Source of the DNA: Chrysomallon squamiferum
Taxonomy: Eukaryota; Animalia; Mollusca
Direction of reading: 5' to 3'
Length of the DNA: 64,000 bases
NCBI GenBank assembly: GCA_012295275.1
Contig: CM022669.1
Coordinates: 19,468,001 to 19,532,000, forward strand
The position numbers were made by a program, and so were the translations under genes. The notes under the pieces are model-generated. The model did not search any database. It was not told the origin of the DNA and saw nothing but the letters and a program-made list of their open reading frames with translations. Positions 41,524 to 55,434 of this stretch are shown in pieces (position 1 is the stretch's first letter; each line of letters starts with the position of its first letter).

Positions 41524-43410
41524 GACTATTAAATACACAACATCAAATTAATTTTATGGAAAATGCCGGACATTCGATAAAATGATATACGTTGTGTTTT
41601 GGGGTCTTTTTTATAAACTGTTTTGCTGCTGTTGTTTATTATGCTTTTTGTTTGTTGTTGAGGTTATTTTTTTTTCATAGCATTAAAACAGTCGAAACAA
41701 AGTAATGAAATTAGTTCAGATTATGTATCAAAATAACATTTTACGCTGAACAATAATCAATGTGCAAGAAACATTTGTTTTTTGTTGTTGTTTTTTTCAC
41801 TCCTTTCATCCTTAAGACACACCTTTTTATATAGTTCTCCCTATATACTTATTTTTGTAGAGGCGTTGTTATGGTAGGGGCTGGTTTTGCGGTGGACAGA
41901 AAATACTTTAAAGAAATTGGCGGATTTGATGAAGGAATGAAAGTTTGGGGTGGAGAGAATTTAGAGCTTTCATGGAGGGTGAGATATCGGTTTGGAGTTT
42001 GAATTTACGATTAAGAGAATAGAACCACATTAAACTGCATATAATGGTAATTATTTCAGTTGAAAATAAAAATGGTTTTATTTTATCAGTCTATAAACTC
42101 CTTGAATCGGTGCAATCGGGTATATTAACAGAATTTAACTGGCTTTACATGAATTAAATACGATTTTGTCGCTGAAATATTATTATTGACATACTTCCTT
42201 TCAATCTGATTTCAGGTTTGGTTGTGTGGAGGACAAATTATTCACGCTCCTTGTTCTAAAATTGGACACATTGCCAGATTTCAACCGTACAAGTTTCCAG
42301 AAGGTCGAAGAAATACGGAAGTGTTTAATTACAAGCGAGCAGTGGAAGTGTGGATGGAGCCGCAGCACAAGAAATTTGTTTTCGATTCCCTCCCAGAAAT
42401 GACAGTAAATATTTCAATATTGGACTGCAGCAGTGAATCTGAAATGAAAATATAAATTATTATTGTTAAGTACTGTTAAGCGATTGCTTCTGATGCTATT
42501 ACTGTTTTTCCTATTACTACTGCTATCACTACTACTTCTGTGGCTACTTCTACTACAACTACTACTAGTACTATTCAGATTATTGTTATTATTGTTGATG
42601 ATGGTGATGATATATAGTTAGTTTACTGAATTATTATTATTATTATTGCTGTTACTATTAATATATATAGATTTATTTATTTCTTTATTTTAATTTTATT
42701 TATTTATTAATTTATTTATTACCATTATTATTTTCCTGTAGAAAACTGATCCAGGAGACCTGACAAAACGTTTTGCTGTGAAACAAAAACTTCACTGTAA
42801 AAGTTTCTCGTGGTTTTTAGAAAACATCTGGCCTGAACTTTTCGTTTACGACAAAGAAGTACTTGCATGGGGATCAGTCAGTGTATTTTCTTATAAGCAT
42901 AGATGTTTTATCTTTTCTGTTTCATTGTGATTTGTGCTTTCACATAAGAGAGTCTCAAATCCTAAATTACTGTTATTTATAAAAATATCAGAAAATATAT
43001 AAAATGGTTACAGTTATCTGCTCTTGTATCAGCTACAAAAATGTTTTCATATAAAATTATGCTTTTAACTTTTCGGCATATTCAGCTACTTCTGTTCCAT
43101 TTTGTATTATAGTTATACGATAATGATATTTATTTTCTATTAATAGTAATAGTAACAATAATGATGATGATGATAACAACAATAATAATAATTATTAGAC
43201 TAACGTTAATTAGTATTAATTCATCATTAATGCATGTTCATTTATATTTATTTTTGTTTGTTCTTTTCCAACTCAGGTGCGAAACCCTTCATGGAATCTT
43301 TGTCTTGATAACAAATTTTATAGTTTTCAAAGTCTGGGACCACTAGGTGTTTATACATGCCACTTTCACTTTGCTAATCAGGTATATATATATACACACA
43401 CACACACACA

Positions 43411-43489
<79 letters not shown>

Positions 43490-44310
43490 TTTATATTATT
43501 ATAATTATTTTAGGTCATTCATTTTATCACTTAGGCTGATAATGATAACAGAGTTCTGTGTCTTTCTCTGTATGTGAATAAATAATTTAAGAACGGAAAA
43601 TATAAAAAAGAAAATGAAACATGCCTGAATTTTGAAATTTTTAGTTACCGTTTTTATGAAGTTAAGGGAGATAACTTCATTTCATCAACATTTTGTAGTG
43701 GTTCAAAAGTTTAAAATTATTTAATAAGATATTTTATATGTGATTGAGTTTGTGTTTGCCATTTGTATTTTATGTTTTGAGCATGTTTTATTTGTTGATT
43801 TTTACTGTTTTTGTGGGTTTCTTTGTGTATGCTTGTGTGTGTGTGTTGTTGTTTTTTGTTTATATGTTTCAAGTAAACGCCGATGTGTTTATTAAATTGT
43901 ATTACTTAGGGATTTTCTTGGACTGTAAATAGAACTTTACGCACCACTCTACAATGTGTTGTTGTCAAGGACGCTCAGAAACGACCCAAGTTGGAAGGCT
44001 GCCTCACTGGGTCAAAGGACCGATGGTTACACGACAAGGTATCTGTAATCTTGGATCAAAATGGCGAGGCAATATTCTATTAACTCATACTATTGGTAAT
44101 TCTTAATTTGCATGTATACTCTCTCTCTCTCTGTAAAAGATTATAATAAATAAATAACTTTATTTTTATTTATTTCCTCCCCAGAATGGTTTATTAAAAC
44201 ACGAACGCAGCGGACTGTGTATGGATTTTGACGTTTCTGGTCCAATTATGAAGAGGTGCAAAGCAGATTCGCCTTCACAAAAGTGGATTTTCAATACATA
44301 TAATTATTAA
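38212..44310 (+). CDS. GALNT: Polypeptide N-acetylgalactosaminyltransferase, copy 4, B-type
   Basis: Exons 38212-38792, 39492-39658, 39969-40146, 40860-41060, 41861-41978, 42216-42404, 42742-42876, 43277-43381, 43910-44038, 44185-44310. Intact frame, with an extra partial exon-2 copy at 39300-39360. Confidence 0.92.
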
Positions 44311-45366
44311 ATAAATATTTAATGTAAATGCTTGTGTTCTGTGCTGATTTTCAGTTGGAATAAATAAATAAATATGCTAAACAAAATTTGGGTCTCATTT
44401 GTCATACATTCACGTTTGCACATTTTATTATTCTCACCCTAACACACACACACAAACACATCTGTAATACTAAAAAAAATTCTGTCGTTTTATTCTTTCA
44501 TTATTGTTATTATTATTATTATTATTTCATTTTAACATTCCTGTCTGAACTGACGTCTATAAAAATAAATAAATAAATAAATAAATACATGTTAAGAAAG
44601 ATTGTGGCAGCAAGAAACAAAACATTAATTTGAAAATATTTATTTAGGTCATATGTCCTTTCACCGAAGGTACATTTCTATGGTAAAGGTGAATATTCAT
44701 TGCATGAAGTGTTTAGTATTCATCCGCACGTCTTTCACGGTAGTATCAGTATTATAGTATAATAAAATTGTTCATTGGATATTGCGACGCTGAGGTGTGT
44801 GTGTGTGCGTGTGTGTGTGTGTGCGGGCGGAAACAGAACAAATTGAAAAAATTAAAGAGAGTTCTTGCTTCACTTTATAATACATACATAATACATACTG
44901 GCAACCACATGGTTAATGCAGTGACCAGAAATCTATCGATGAAAAATACAATTATTATTATTATTATTATTATTCATTAAGTTACCTTAACATATATAGA
45001 TAGTGTAATAAACTCACGCACACATCAAATGAAGCAAATTAACTTTTTCGTTTTCTGAAGGTTTTGAAGGAGTTATCGAACGTTTTTATATTGAGTGACC
45101 TCCCCTATAGTAGTTTCTTGATCAAAAGAACAATTTTTACAACAATTACCCACAATACACTTCATCTCTTGTCTGAAATTGATGTCGACAGCAAAATGAT
45201 TTATTCGGAATATTAGTTGTTAAATTGTACCCAATATTCTGATAATTAGTACATATGATCTTAAACAATAATTGTGACATAGAGTGTAGTTTCCAACTAT
45301 GTAAAACGTATATAATTTAAGCAATGCAATACCAAGGTTACACCTGTTGTTGGGAAACTCCGAAGG

Positions 45367-45374
45367 TGACGTCA
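45367..45374. promoter_or_regulatory. Palindromic CRE/ATF site upstream of ARIH1
   Basis: Perfect TGACGTCA ~50 bp before the ARIH1 ATG; function is inferred. Confidence 0.35.
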
Positions 45375-45424
45375 CAGTCACAGATTGAAGTCAAAAAATA
45401 AACAGAAATTGACTAGCTTGTATT

Positions 45425-48400
45425 ATGGATGCTGATGATGACTATCAAGATGAGGTTGGATCGGATAGTTCGGAGAATGATGATGATGAGCTTCCCATGG
45501 AAATGGATAATGCGGAATCCGCATCACTTCACGATCGTCATGACGATGAAGAATTTCAGTATGAAGTTTTAACAGCTGATCAGATTGTTCAGTTTATGGT
45601 TGACTGTATAAAGGAAGTAAATGCAGTTGTACAGGTATGGGAATTAATTTCATGGACTTCGTACATCATATATTGAGCAATTGGACGAAGGCAGAGAAGC
45701 TAATAATTACCCTATCCTCCTTAGCCTCGTGGCACTTCTGGTCTTATTTTTTATCAGTTTCAAATCATTCACATTTAATGTTTATATTACATATGCTAAA
45801 GCAGTAAATTACTTTGTAAGATAATAAACAAAACAGTAACTACCATATTTTCTTCAAATTTTCACTTATCCTCTTCATATCATACAATTTTTAATCAGTA
45901 AATTGAAATGATATTTGATTAGTACTTTGTCTTTGGTCAAGTCCAAAAATAATTCCACTGTTTGCATGTAATATTATCTTCAGTAACTAATTTTTCTTTT
46001 TAAACTGGATCTCATTTTAAAAAACAAAATATTTCCTGACACTAATAAATACAGCTACAGCTGATCATCCCATAAACTTTGAAATAACATGACAAAGAGA
46101 CAACAAAATGAGAATCAAATTTTGAGAACGATTTATTTATTTATTTATTTCATCATACTTTGTTGTTAGCAAAGATGACTGTAACAGGAAAACAAAACTC
46201 TTCAAAGTAAACATTTGATTCAGTAAAACTGATCCATACAGATTGGGTGTGTTATCCTATAGCATTATCTTAGCCCTGACCATGTTGACTAGTTATTTGA
46301 TTCAAGATCATGCATCACTGTTATAAACTTTGAAAACAATCCTATGTTCTCAGTCAGCTGTTAATTATTCACTGGTGTTAGCAATATTAAATATGTTTAT
46401 GTTTATTATAATACTTATTATGTAAAGAAATAAATAATCCTGTCTGTTCCAAATGAACACATAAAAACTAAGAAAAATCTGCCTGTATATTAACAGTAAA
46501 TGATTTACAACTTGTTTATTGTGAACTAATATTTATAATAAAAAAAAATAGTATGAAAGAGTAGTGTTGATATCAAAATATTAAAACCACTGCAGTAAGA
46601 CTACATTCAGTACTGTATGCTGTTTAAGAAATTTCGTTTAGATTTTGAGAGGAAGTTACCTAAGTGAGTTTTCGTTAAAACAAAATACTTTGCATGTGAC
46701 TCAAAATTGTTTTGTTGTTGTGCAAAGCAGTTAGATTTTAAATTTGCTTTTTGCTGATAACATTTTAAAGTAATGGAGATATAAAATCTGTAGTATTGTA
46801 GACAGGTATTGGTGATGACAAAAAATGTGATGTATAAATAAGTTATAATGTTAAGCTGTGTATATTTAGATAAGGTAGGAAATCAAAGAAAACAGTTTTG
46901 GGACAATCTATAATGGTTAAATAACGTTTTATTCCCAAATAAATTAGTTGAAATACAAAAGAAATTTGCTTTAGTCATGATTTCTGTTTGTTTATATGAC
47001 AGATAACATATTTATTGAATCCTAAAAACAAAAAAAATAAAATGATCAGTCTCACCAAGGTAGAATTAAATCATTTTAATTTAAGTCGATCTTTTTTTTT
47101 TTTTTATTAATTATTTTAAAGAAATAGGAACTGATATGTTTCTAAAATCCTCATTTATTCTTAAAACAAAACTTAAGTTTTGAATTTATATTATTTTTTA
47201 TTGTTTTGTTGTTTTTTGTTAGTTTGGAAACATCTTCATTGCCTATTCATATCTTCTTATAAATTTATAATTTAAAACATAAAACATAAAAATTAAATTT
47301 GTTTTTCTTGAAGTTTTAACCTTTTCAAATTAATTGCTACTTTTATTTTATTTACTTATTATTATTATTATTACATTTTTTTTCAGATTCCTGCAACAAT
47401 TACAAGAATATTATTAAATCATTTCCGATGGGATAAAGAAAAACTTATGGAACGGTAATACACTTGTTATGGAAAAAATAAAAACTTTTTCTTTCTTAAT
47501 CAAACATTTTATTTTTAGTTTGTGAGACATAATTGAATAAAAGAAGAAAATCATTTAGTCATGTCCATTGTCAGGCTCAGTCATAAAAATTAAAATTTCT
47601 GTTGAGAGATAAAACACTAATATATAAATCATCTTTGCATAATATTTTGTCAGTTTTCTCTATTATGTCTGTTTTACATTCTGATTTTCAGGTACTATGA
47701 TAGCGACCAAGAAGGCTTATTCAATGAAGCTCATGTAGTAAATCCACATCGCAGAGATGTCATTATCAAAGGAAAGGTAAATACCAGAAATTTAAACTTC
47801 ATATCATATATGAATCACTTCTTTATTATATGTACAATCATTTTACAAACATTGGTTTTTATTAATCAGGTTCAGCATGCATTGTCTGAAATTTTGAAAT
47901 CCAAAATGTTTTTGTACAACCAAGGTATTTTGGTGATTTCATTCTTGATAATATTTGCTTCATGCACTCACCAAAATATTAGAAAAGTATGAAACTATTA
48001 ACTACATGAGTAAAACATCTCATGTTTATATTTGAATTCTATCCTCAAGTTATTCTATTCAAGAACTAAACATTTCTGAACTCTTGGAATCAAACAAATT
48101 TATTTATTTTTTTAGACAGGATTTTCAACCTGTAACAAATTTTTTTTTTAATTATTATTACTATTATTATTTATTTATTTATTTTTTAAAATTCAAATAA
48201 CCAAATAATTTAAATCTTAAACTTTGGAGCATTTTTAGTGACCACCAAAGCAGTCACAATTTTCATCTCCATATTACAAACTAAGTGACATTTATATTTG
48301 TATGTGAGGAAAGCAGTAAATTGTGTGTGATAATTCTCATGTGAAAAATGATGTGTCTTGTTGTGTTCCAGAGAACAACTCGCTCAACAGCTGCAGCAGC

Positions 48401-51400
48401 TGCGTCTTCTTCCAACGACCGTTTGATATGTGAGATCTGCTGTTTTCCAGCAGACTGTGTTGTAAGTATCCTGCTGTTAATAAACTTCAGATATCTGTAT
48501 TATGTTATATTGCATGCACTGTTAAACACAGACACTTCTCATCTAACAGCTTAACTGTTTAATGACCATGCAGACTTATGACCAGTTGATATTGTACACT
48601 CTGAGAAAATTTTGGTTTTGGAAATGGTAGCACATCGTCACATACTGCCATTTTTCAGTCTCAGGCTTGTTCATGAAGTTGGTTTCCATCTTATCTGTTT
48701 ATTATGGTATACAGCACACAGTTGTATAAATGTTTAAAAATATACTAAACATGTTACTTTATACTGATTTAATTTTTTTTTTTAAATTTCCTGAATTTTT
48801 TGGTCAAACACTTAAATAATTTATACACCAACAGAAATTTAAAAAAATGATCATTTAGGAAAACTGTCCACTAGATTTGCCTTGGCAGTTTTCCCATTAA
48901 TCTTTCCAACTTTGAACTATATAAAAAAATAAAAATAAATAAAGAAAGAAAGAAAGAAAATACTTCATTACTGTTCTATGGAGAATAAAAATTACCATAT
49001 CTCTATCTATTGCAGTTGCTGTGGCTGTATGTAATCAATAAAAAATTTAATATACAATAAAATAGATCTTCACATGAACACAATACATAATTATTCTTGA
49101 AAACATTGTGTGGGTTTTTATTTATCAGGAGATGACAGGTTTGGAATGTGGTCATCAGTTTTGTACAAAGTGTTGGGAAGATTACCTCACTGCAAAAATC
49201 TGTGACGAAGGCATGGGTCAGACAATATCGTGTGCAGCATTTGGTTGTGATATCCTTGTAGATGATGCTACAGTCATGTACGTAGTTTACATATTGTCAT
49301 TAAGTGCTTGTCTGTTTTATAAGCACTGTTCATAAATAAATCAGTTACTACAGTGTTGATGTTTATTATTAAGTGAGCACAGTTTTGAATAGGAATCTGT
49401 GTAGTGTTCATACTCTAAGGAATTGATCTTGAGGTGCATATTAAATTTCACAGCTTATAAAGTAATAGTAAAAAAAAATGGTAAACATGTAAGTTCATTA
49501 AAACACAGAAAATTATTTTCCATCAGTTTTGATTTGATTCTTAATTGATCAGAAAATAGTCTGTAAATTTCTTCAGGTTCTGAGATTATAATTGTTTTAT
49601 CTAAATTTATATTTTGTTTTTAATATAAGTGATACTTTCTGTCAGTGATTGTGATAATATTCTGAGTATTAATGTCTTCTTCACGTTTTTATTTTTTTAA
49701 ATTATTATTTAGGTCACTTATCAAAGATCCTAAAGTTAAATTGAAATACCAACATATAATAACCAATAGCTTTGTAGAGGTAAGTTAATAGTAATTTATA
49801 CAAAAAACAAATATGTTTACTTTCATGGTAAAACATGTTTGGGGATAATAAACATAAAATATATAAACTGTACATCTATATAAAGCTAATTCTAATGTAT
49901 GTATTGCCATGACCAATATTTCAGTTATTTTTCAATACATTTTTTCAGTTATCTTTAATATCCATTTACAATATGCAGCATTAAAATTGTTTTTGAAAGT
50001 AACAGTGCATATTTAATTTTGCTAACTATGATTTTGTGTATAATGTTGTAATTTCAAGGTATTTAAAGTTAATTATGCTAACTATGATTTTGTGTATTAT
50101 GTTGTAATTTCAAAGTATTTATAGTGAGTTGTGCTAACTGATTGTGTAATGTAATTTCAGTGCAATAGGCTTCTACGCTGGTGTCCTGCTCCAGACTGTG
50201 GTCATGTGGTCAAAGTGGCATATTTTGACACAAAACCAGTCACATGTGTCTGTGGGCATACATTTTGGTATGTATATATATCTACAGAAATACAGGTTAC
50301 TTTAATATTTTCAAATATTCTGAGTACTCGTATTAAATAACTGTATACAAATACTGTATAGTAATTTCACTACAGGCTACCTTTCGACTTATTTTTAAAA
50401 ATTCTGGGCTCATATTAAATAACAATATGATGTGTATACTTAACTTCTGTATAGAAATATGGGCTTCATTCTTCTATATTTTTCTGATGTAGAACAAGAA
50501 TATATTACTAATAATGCAGAGCAGTATATAGTTTTCATGTCTGTTGTATTCACTGTATTAAAAGTCAGAAGATATAATAAAATAATTTATTTTTCACTTA
50601 CGAATATGAACTGCCTGATTTCATATTTGTCTTAAAAAAATTTCATTGGATTCATTATTAAATAATATAGTTTTCCTTGGCTTTCGGATTGTAGATATTT
50701 TTCAGTTAACATCAAAATGTAAGACTAATCTTGTTTTATGCTTTTCATTAGCAGACTTGTTAATTTTCTGTTTTCATTTCAGGTAAAGAATAATTCATTC
50801 ACAAATGTTTTCAGTATAAATAATAAGAAGTTTAGTACTGCTATTATTTTTGCTATTCAAATTAACCAGTATTTCAGGCTGTCTGTTTTGGATAACTAGT
50901 AATAATTCAATTTTATTTGTGTGCTTTTCCCAATGATAATAAGTGATTGATTATATTTTTGTAGGTTTTTTTTAATATATATATCTTGTTGAGTTGATGA
51001 ATAACTAATAATAATTCAGTTTTTCCAGTGATAGTAAGCGATTGATTGTGTTATTTTCAGTTTTGTTTTTTACATGTTGAGTAGATGAATATCTAGTAAT
51101 AATACAGTTTAAATTTTTTTTTTTTTTTTTTTCAATGATTGGTTGTGTTATTTTTCAATGATTGGTTGTGTTATTTTCAGTTTTTTTTATGTATCGAGTT
51201 GAGTAGATGAATATCTAGTAATAATACAGTTTAAATTATTATTATTATTTTTTTCAATCGTTGGTTGTGTTATTTGCAGTTTTTCCTGTGGTGAAAACTG
51301 GCATGACCCAGTACGGTGTAGATGGCTTCGCAAGTGGATCAAGAAATGTGATGATGACAGCGAAACTTCCAACTGGATTGCTGCCAACACAAAGGTACAT

Positions 51401-52972
51401 CATCAGTTAAACATAACATGTAGTCAGATATAATTAATATTACTGAATTACAGAGAGAAAGAGAGAGAGATTAAATATTCCTATTTATTTTGAATAATCC
51501 TGGTTGTAATTTCAGTAATGAATGGTCATCCTACACACACGCACACACAAACTCACACACACATATGCACAGATATATATATATGGAGAGAAAGAGTGAA
51601 TGTATACAATCTGAATAAATAACATACACATGAAAATGCTAATAAAATGTGTGTAATGGCTTTGCAAGTGGATCAGGAAGTGTTATGACGACAGCGAAAC
51701 CTCCCACTGGATTGCTGCCAACACAAAGGTACATCATCAGTTAAACATAACATGTAGTCAGATATAATTTATGTTACTGAATTACAGAGAGAAAGAGAGA
51801 GAGATTAAATATTCCTATTTATTTTGAATTTCTGTCATGAACAGTCATCCTACACACACAGATATATATGGAGAGAAAGAGTGAATGTATACAATTTGAA
51901 TAAATAACGTACACATGGAAATGCTAATGAAATGTGTGTAAGTCAGGGTTTCTTGTGGACGACTGATTGTTTTAAAAATGAATCAGCCGAAGGAAAGACC
52001 ACTTATTCTGTGTTGCGTGTGTGCATGAATATCACTGAGTCAGTGAGTGAGAAAGAGTGTGAATGAATTTTTTTAATGCAGAATAAGTAGTAACTGATCA
52101 ATACAATACTGAAAAATAAATTAACATCAAAAGATGTTTTTATTATTTTTTTAATTTATAATCACTGCTAAACAGTTTTAAAACATAATATGTGGTAATA
52201 CATATAAAGTACCAATAATATAATAATAAAAATCCATAACTAAAACTTTCAACTGTAATATAGAGAATTGTATCTCTAGTTTTGGCAAATATTTTCAGAA
52301 ACATTCACCATAACCTGACCTAAACTTTTAATTATCAATGTATTACTGATATTTGAAAATAAATACATTTATTAAAAAAAAAAAAAAATACCCCACTAAA
52401 CCCAGAATATCTATTTTAGATAATTATAATAAAAAAAATGATGAATTCTTTGTTATTTTTGTTGCCAAGGAGTGTCCGAAATGTCATGTGACTATAGAAA
52501 AAGATGGAGGTTGTAACCACATGGTGTGTAAAAACCAGAATTGTAAAGCAGATTTCTGCTGGGTGTGTCTTGGTCCCTGGGAGCCTCATGGTTCTTCATG
52601 GTCAGATTTTTAAAAATTATTCTTAATTGTGACTGATAGAAATGTATAAACACATTTAAAAGTTGCCTGCTGAAAACTTTATTAATAAGTTATAACTTCA
52701 GTGATGCTAATGTCACATTTAAAATAAATAACTGGATTTCTTTTTATATTAGTTTCAAGAACTGTTTTTATAGTAATAAGCAGTGTTTTCTTTCTCTTGC
52801 ATTGTTTATTTATTTAATGATGTCCACAAGTACACACTAATTAACTGTTAAATCTTTTATTTAATTATAGATACTATTTTCTTATAGACATTATTTTATA
52901 TTATTTATGTATATAAATATTTATTTACATATTTTTTTGTATGTTATTTATTTTTTTGTTTTTTACTGTATG

Positions 52973-53003
<31 letters not shown>

Positions 53004-53010
53004 AATTACA

Positions 53011-53045
<35 letters not shown>

Positions 53046-55228
53046 ATATATATATATATATGTACACATGTACACACATAACTTTTTTTTATTGATTTAC
53101 ACATTATTTATATATTTATGTGTTGCTTTTGCTAGGTACAATTGTAATCGGTATAATGAAGATGTAGCAAAGAAAGCTAGAGATGCTCAGGAAGTAGGAA
53201 ATTATCTGTGTTCCTAGTTTTCTCATGAATTTAATTTCAGAAAATACATAAAATATTAATGCTTTATGTAACATTAAACTAATTTGTAACATATGATAAT
53301 CAGCATCTAATATCATACTAACAATATAACAAAATATTTTATAAACTTTATTTTAAATTTGTTTGATTCAAATTATAATATAACTTGAAAATTAATTTTT
53401 TTAGCTGTATATAAATACATAAGTATTTCTTTTTGGTCAAATGACCTTATTCATTATCTTGTTTTTTGTTTATTTTATTTGTTTGTTTGTTTGTTTATTT
53501 GTTTGTGTTTATTGTTTAAGAAATCAAGATCAGCTCTGCAGCGTTATCTGTTCTATTGTAATAGATACATGAATCATATGCAGAGTTTAAAATTTGAAAG
53601 CAAGGTGAGAAAATAGTTAAAGAAACAACTATGCACATACTTTGTCAATTTTTATATAACATTGATGTTGTGAGCCTTTTATTAAACTCCCAAATTACTT
53701 TTAGTTTTCTATTTTTACTTTTTAATCTAAGCTGGGGGGAAATAATAATAATAATAATATTTAAATAAATAATAAAAAATTAAGAAATAAAATAAAATAA
53801 ATAAAAATTAACACTTTCAGTATGAAATGTTAGGTTTCATTTGTCAAGAGTTATTAACTAAGAAATATTTCTTGTCAAACGTGAAATAAAAGATTTTTCT
53901 GTTTTACAGTTGTATGCCTCAATTCGTGCCAAGATGGAGGAAATGCAGCATCACAACATGTCTTGGATTGAAGTTCAGTTCCTCAAGAAAGCTGTCGATG
54001 TTTTGTGTTTGTGTCGGCAGACGCTAATGTACACTTACGTTTTCGCTTTCTACTTGATGAAAAATAACCAGTCCATTATTTTTGAGGTATGATGTTTTAA
54101 TATGTTACAAACCAAAGAAAATGAATTGCAGCGAGTGTTTTGGGGATTTTTTTTTGGCTGTGAAGATTTGCAGGCTCGATTCTTTTTAATGCTTTGTTTA
54201 ATTAACAACCATAACAACAATTAATTACAATTAGCTAAAACTTGGGTAAATATGGTTTTTAAATGAATTCTTTCTGTTAGCAAAAGTGTTCATAGTAACA
54301 GCACTGAATTTTGTTTATCAAACTAGTCTGAAATCTAATTTTTAGTTAGTCTAGAAAAAGGTTTATTTACTGATAAACATACTATATTATTTGGTTAAAG
54401 ATGGTTGCTACAGAAAGTTGATTTAATTCTTATAGATGACATTTCATTACTGTCAGTTTACTGGTCAAAGAGATCCAAAATACTGAAAGTTGACTGGTTG
54501 ATGAAATTCTAATGCTGTCATCTAATTAAATCAACATTCAGTAGCAACATCTTTTACTGAATGATATAGTATTGATGTATGCTCGTTGTTTAATGTTGTT
54601 TGATCCGGAGGTGAGATTTTAGTGGACACGTTGATCTATTTCAGGAAAACCAAAAAGACTTAGAGAATGCCACAGAACAGTTGTCAGAGTATCTAGAACG
54701 GGATATTTCGTCAGAGATGTTAGCAGACATCAAACAGAAAGTGCAAGATAAATACAGGTAATAGTTACATTTAATTCTTTGGAATTTATAGACAGACAGA
54801 CAGACACACACACAGATACATATATCGGTGAGAATAAGCATAAAATAAAGCAGTAAATATTGGTAAATTTAACTTTATCAACAAATGCAGACAGTAATAA
54901 CTGGTTTATAAATGATATTATCATGGATTAACTTAGTGAATGTATGCAGTTTTATTTAAATGTTTGAGCTACTATAAGTTCATAAAATAGAGCAATAAGT
55001 AAAAATAATACCAAAATCTTTGCTTTCTAAATTCATTAAACTATTAATTATTTCCTATTACTGCTTTAGTTTGTTTTATTTCTAATAAAAACCTATATAA
55101 ACTTATTTATTTAAACTGTTTATGTATTTATTTATTTATTTACTTACTTCCTTATTTATTTATTTAATTACTTAGTTTATTTAATTAATTACTTAATTTA
55201 TTTATTTTATTATTACTATTTGTTTATT

Positions 55229-55259
<31 letters not shown>

Positions 55260-55434
55260 TTTTATTATTTTATTATTTATTTATTTATTATTATTATTAC
55301 TATGTATTTTTTATTCATGGATTCATTTATTTGTGTTTATTTGTAGATACTGTGAGAGTCGGAGGAAGGTTCTATTAGATCATGTTCATGAGGGTTATGA
55401 GAAGGATCTGTGGGAATACATCCAGGAGATATGA
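45425..55434 (+). CDS. ARIH1: E3 ubiquitin-protein ligase Ariadne-1 (RBR family)
   Basis: Fourteen exons: 45425-45634, 47387-47454, 47692-47776, 48372-48461, 49129-49277, 49713-49779, 50161-50267, 51280-51394, 52470-52600, 53136-53193, 53521-53604, 53910-54086, 54645-54757, 55347-55434. Acidic N-terminus, UBA-like [20 protein letters not shown]1 (CEIC...CGHQFC), IBR (WCPAPDC), RING2 [20 protein letters not shown] with the catalytic Cys, Ariadne domain ([14 protein letters not shown]...YTYVFAFY), ending [17 protein letters not shown]. Confidence 0.96.
51322..51941 (+). repeat. Tandem duplication of the 3' half of ARIH1 exon 8 plus adjacent intron
   Basis: 51322-51655 is repeated at 51656-51941, with a few substitutions and deletions, including the donor AAG|GTACAT at 51728. 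Confidence 0.9.
51937..52010 (+). other. Displaced fragment of GALNT copy-1 exon 9 inside ARIH1 intron 8
   Basis: 'tgtaagtcagggtttcttgtggacgactgat' and 'ttaaaaatgaatcagccgaaggaaagaccacttattc' match 19444-19474 and ~19504-19545, with a ~29-nt internal deletion. Confidence 0.88.
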
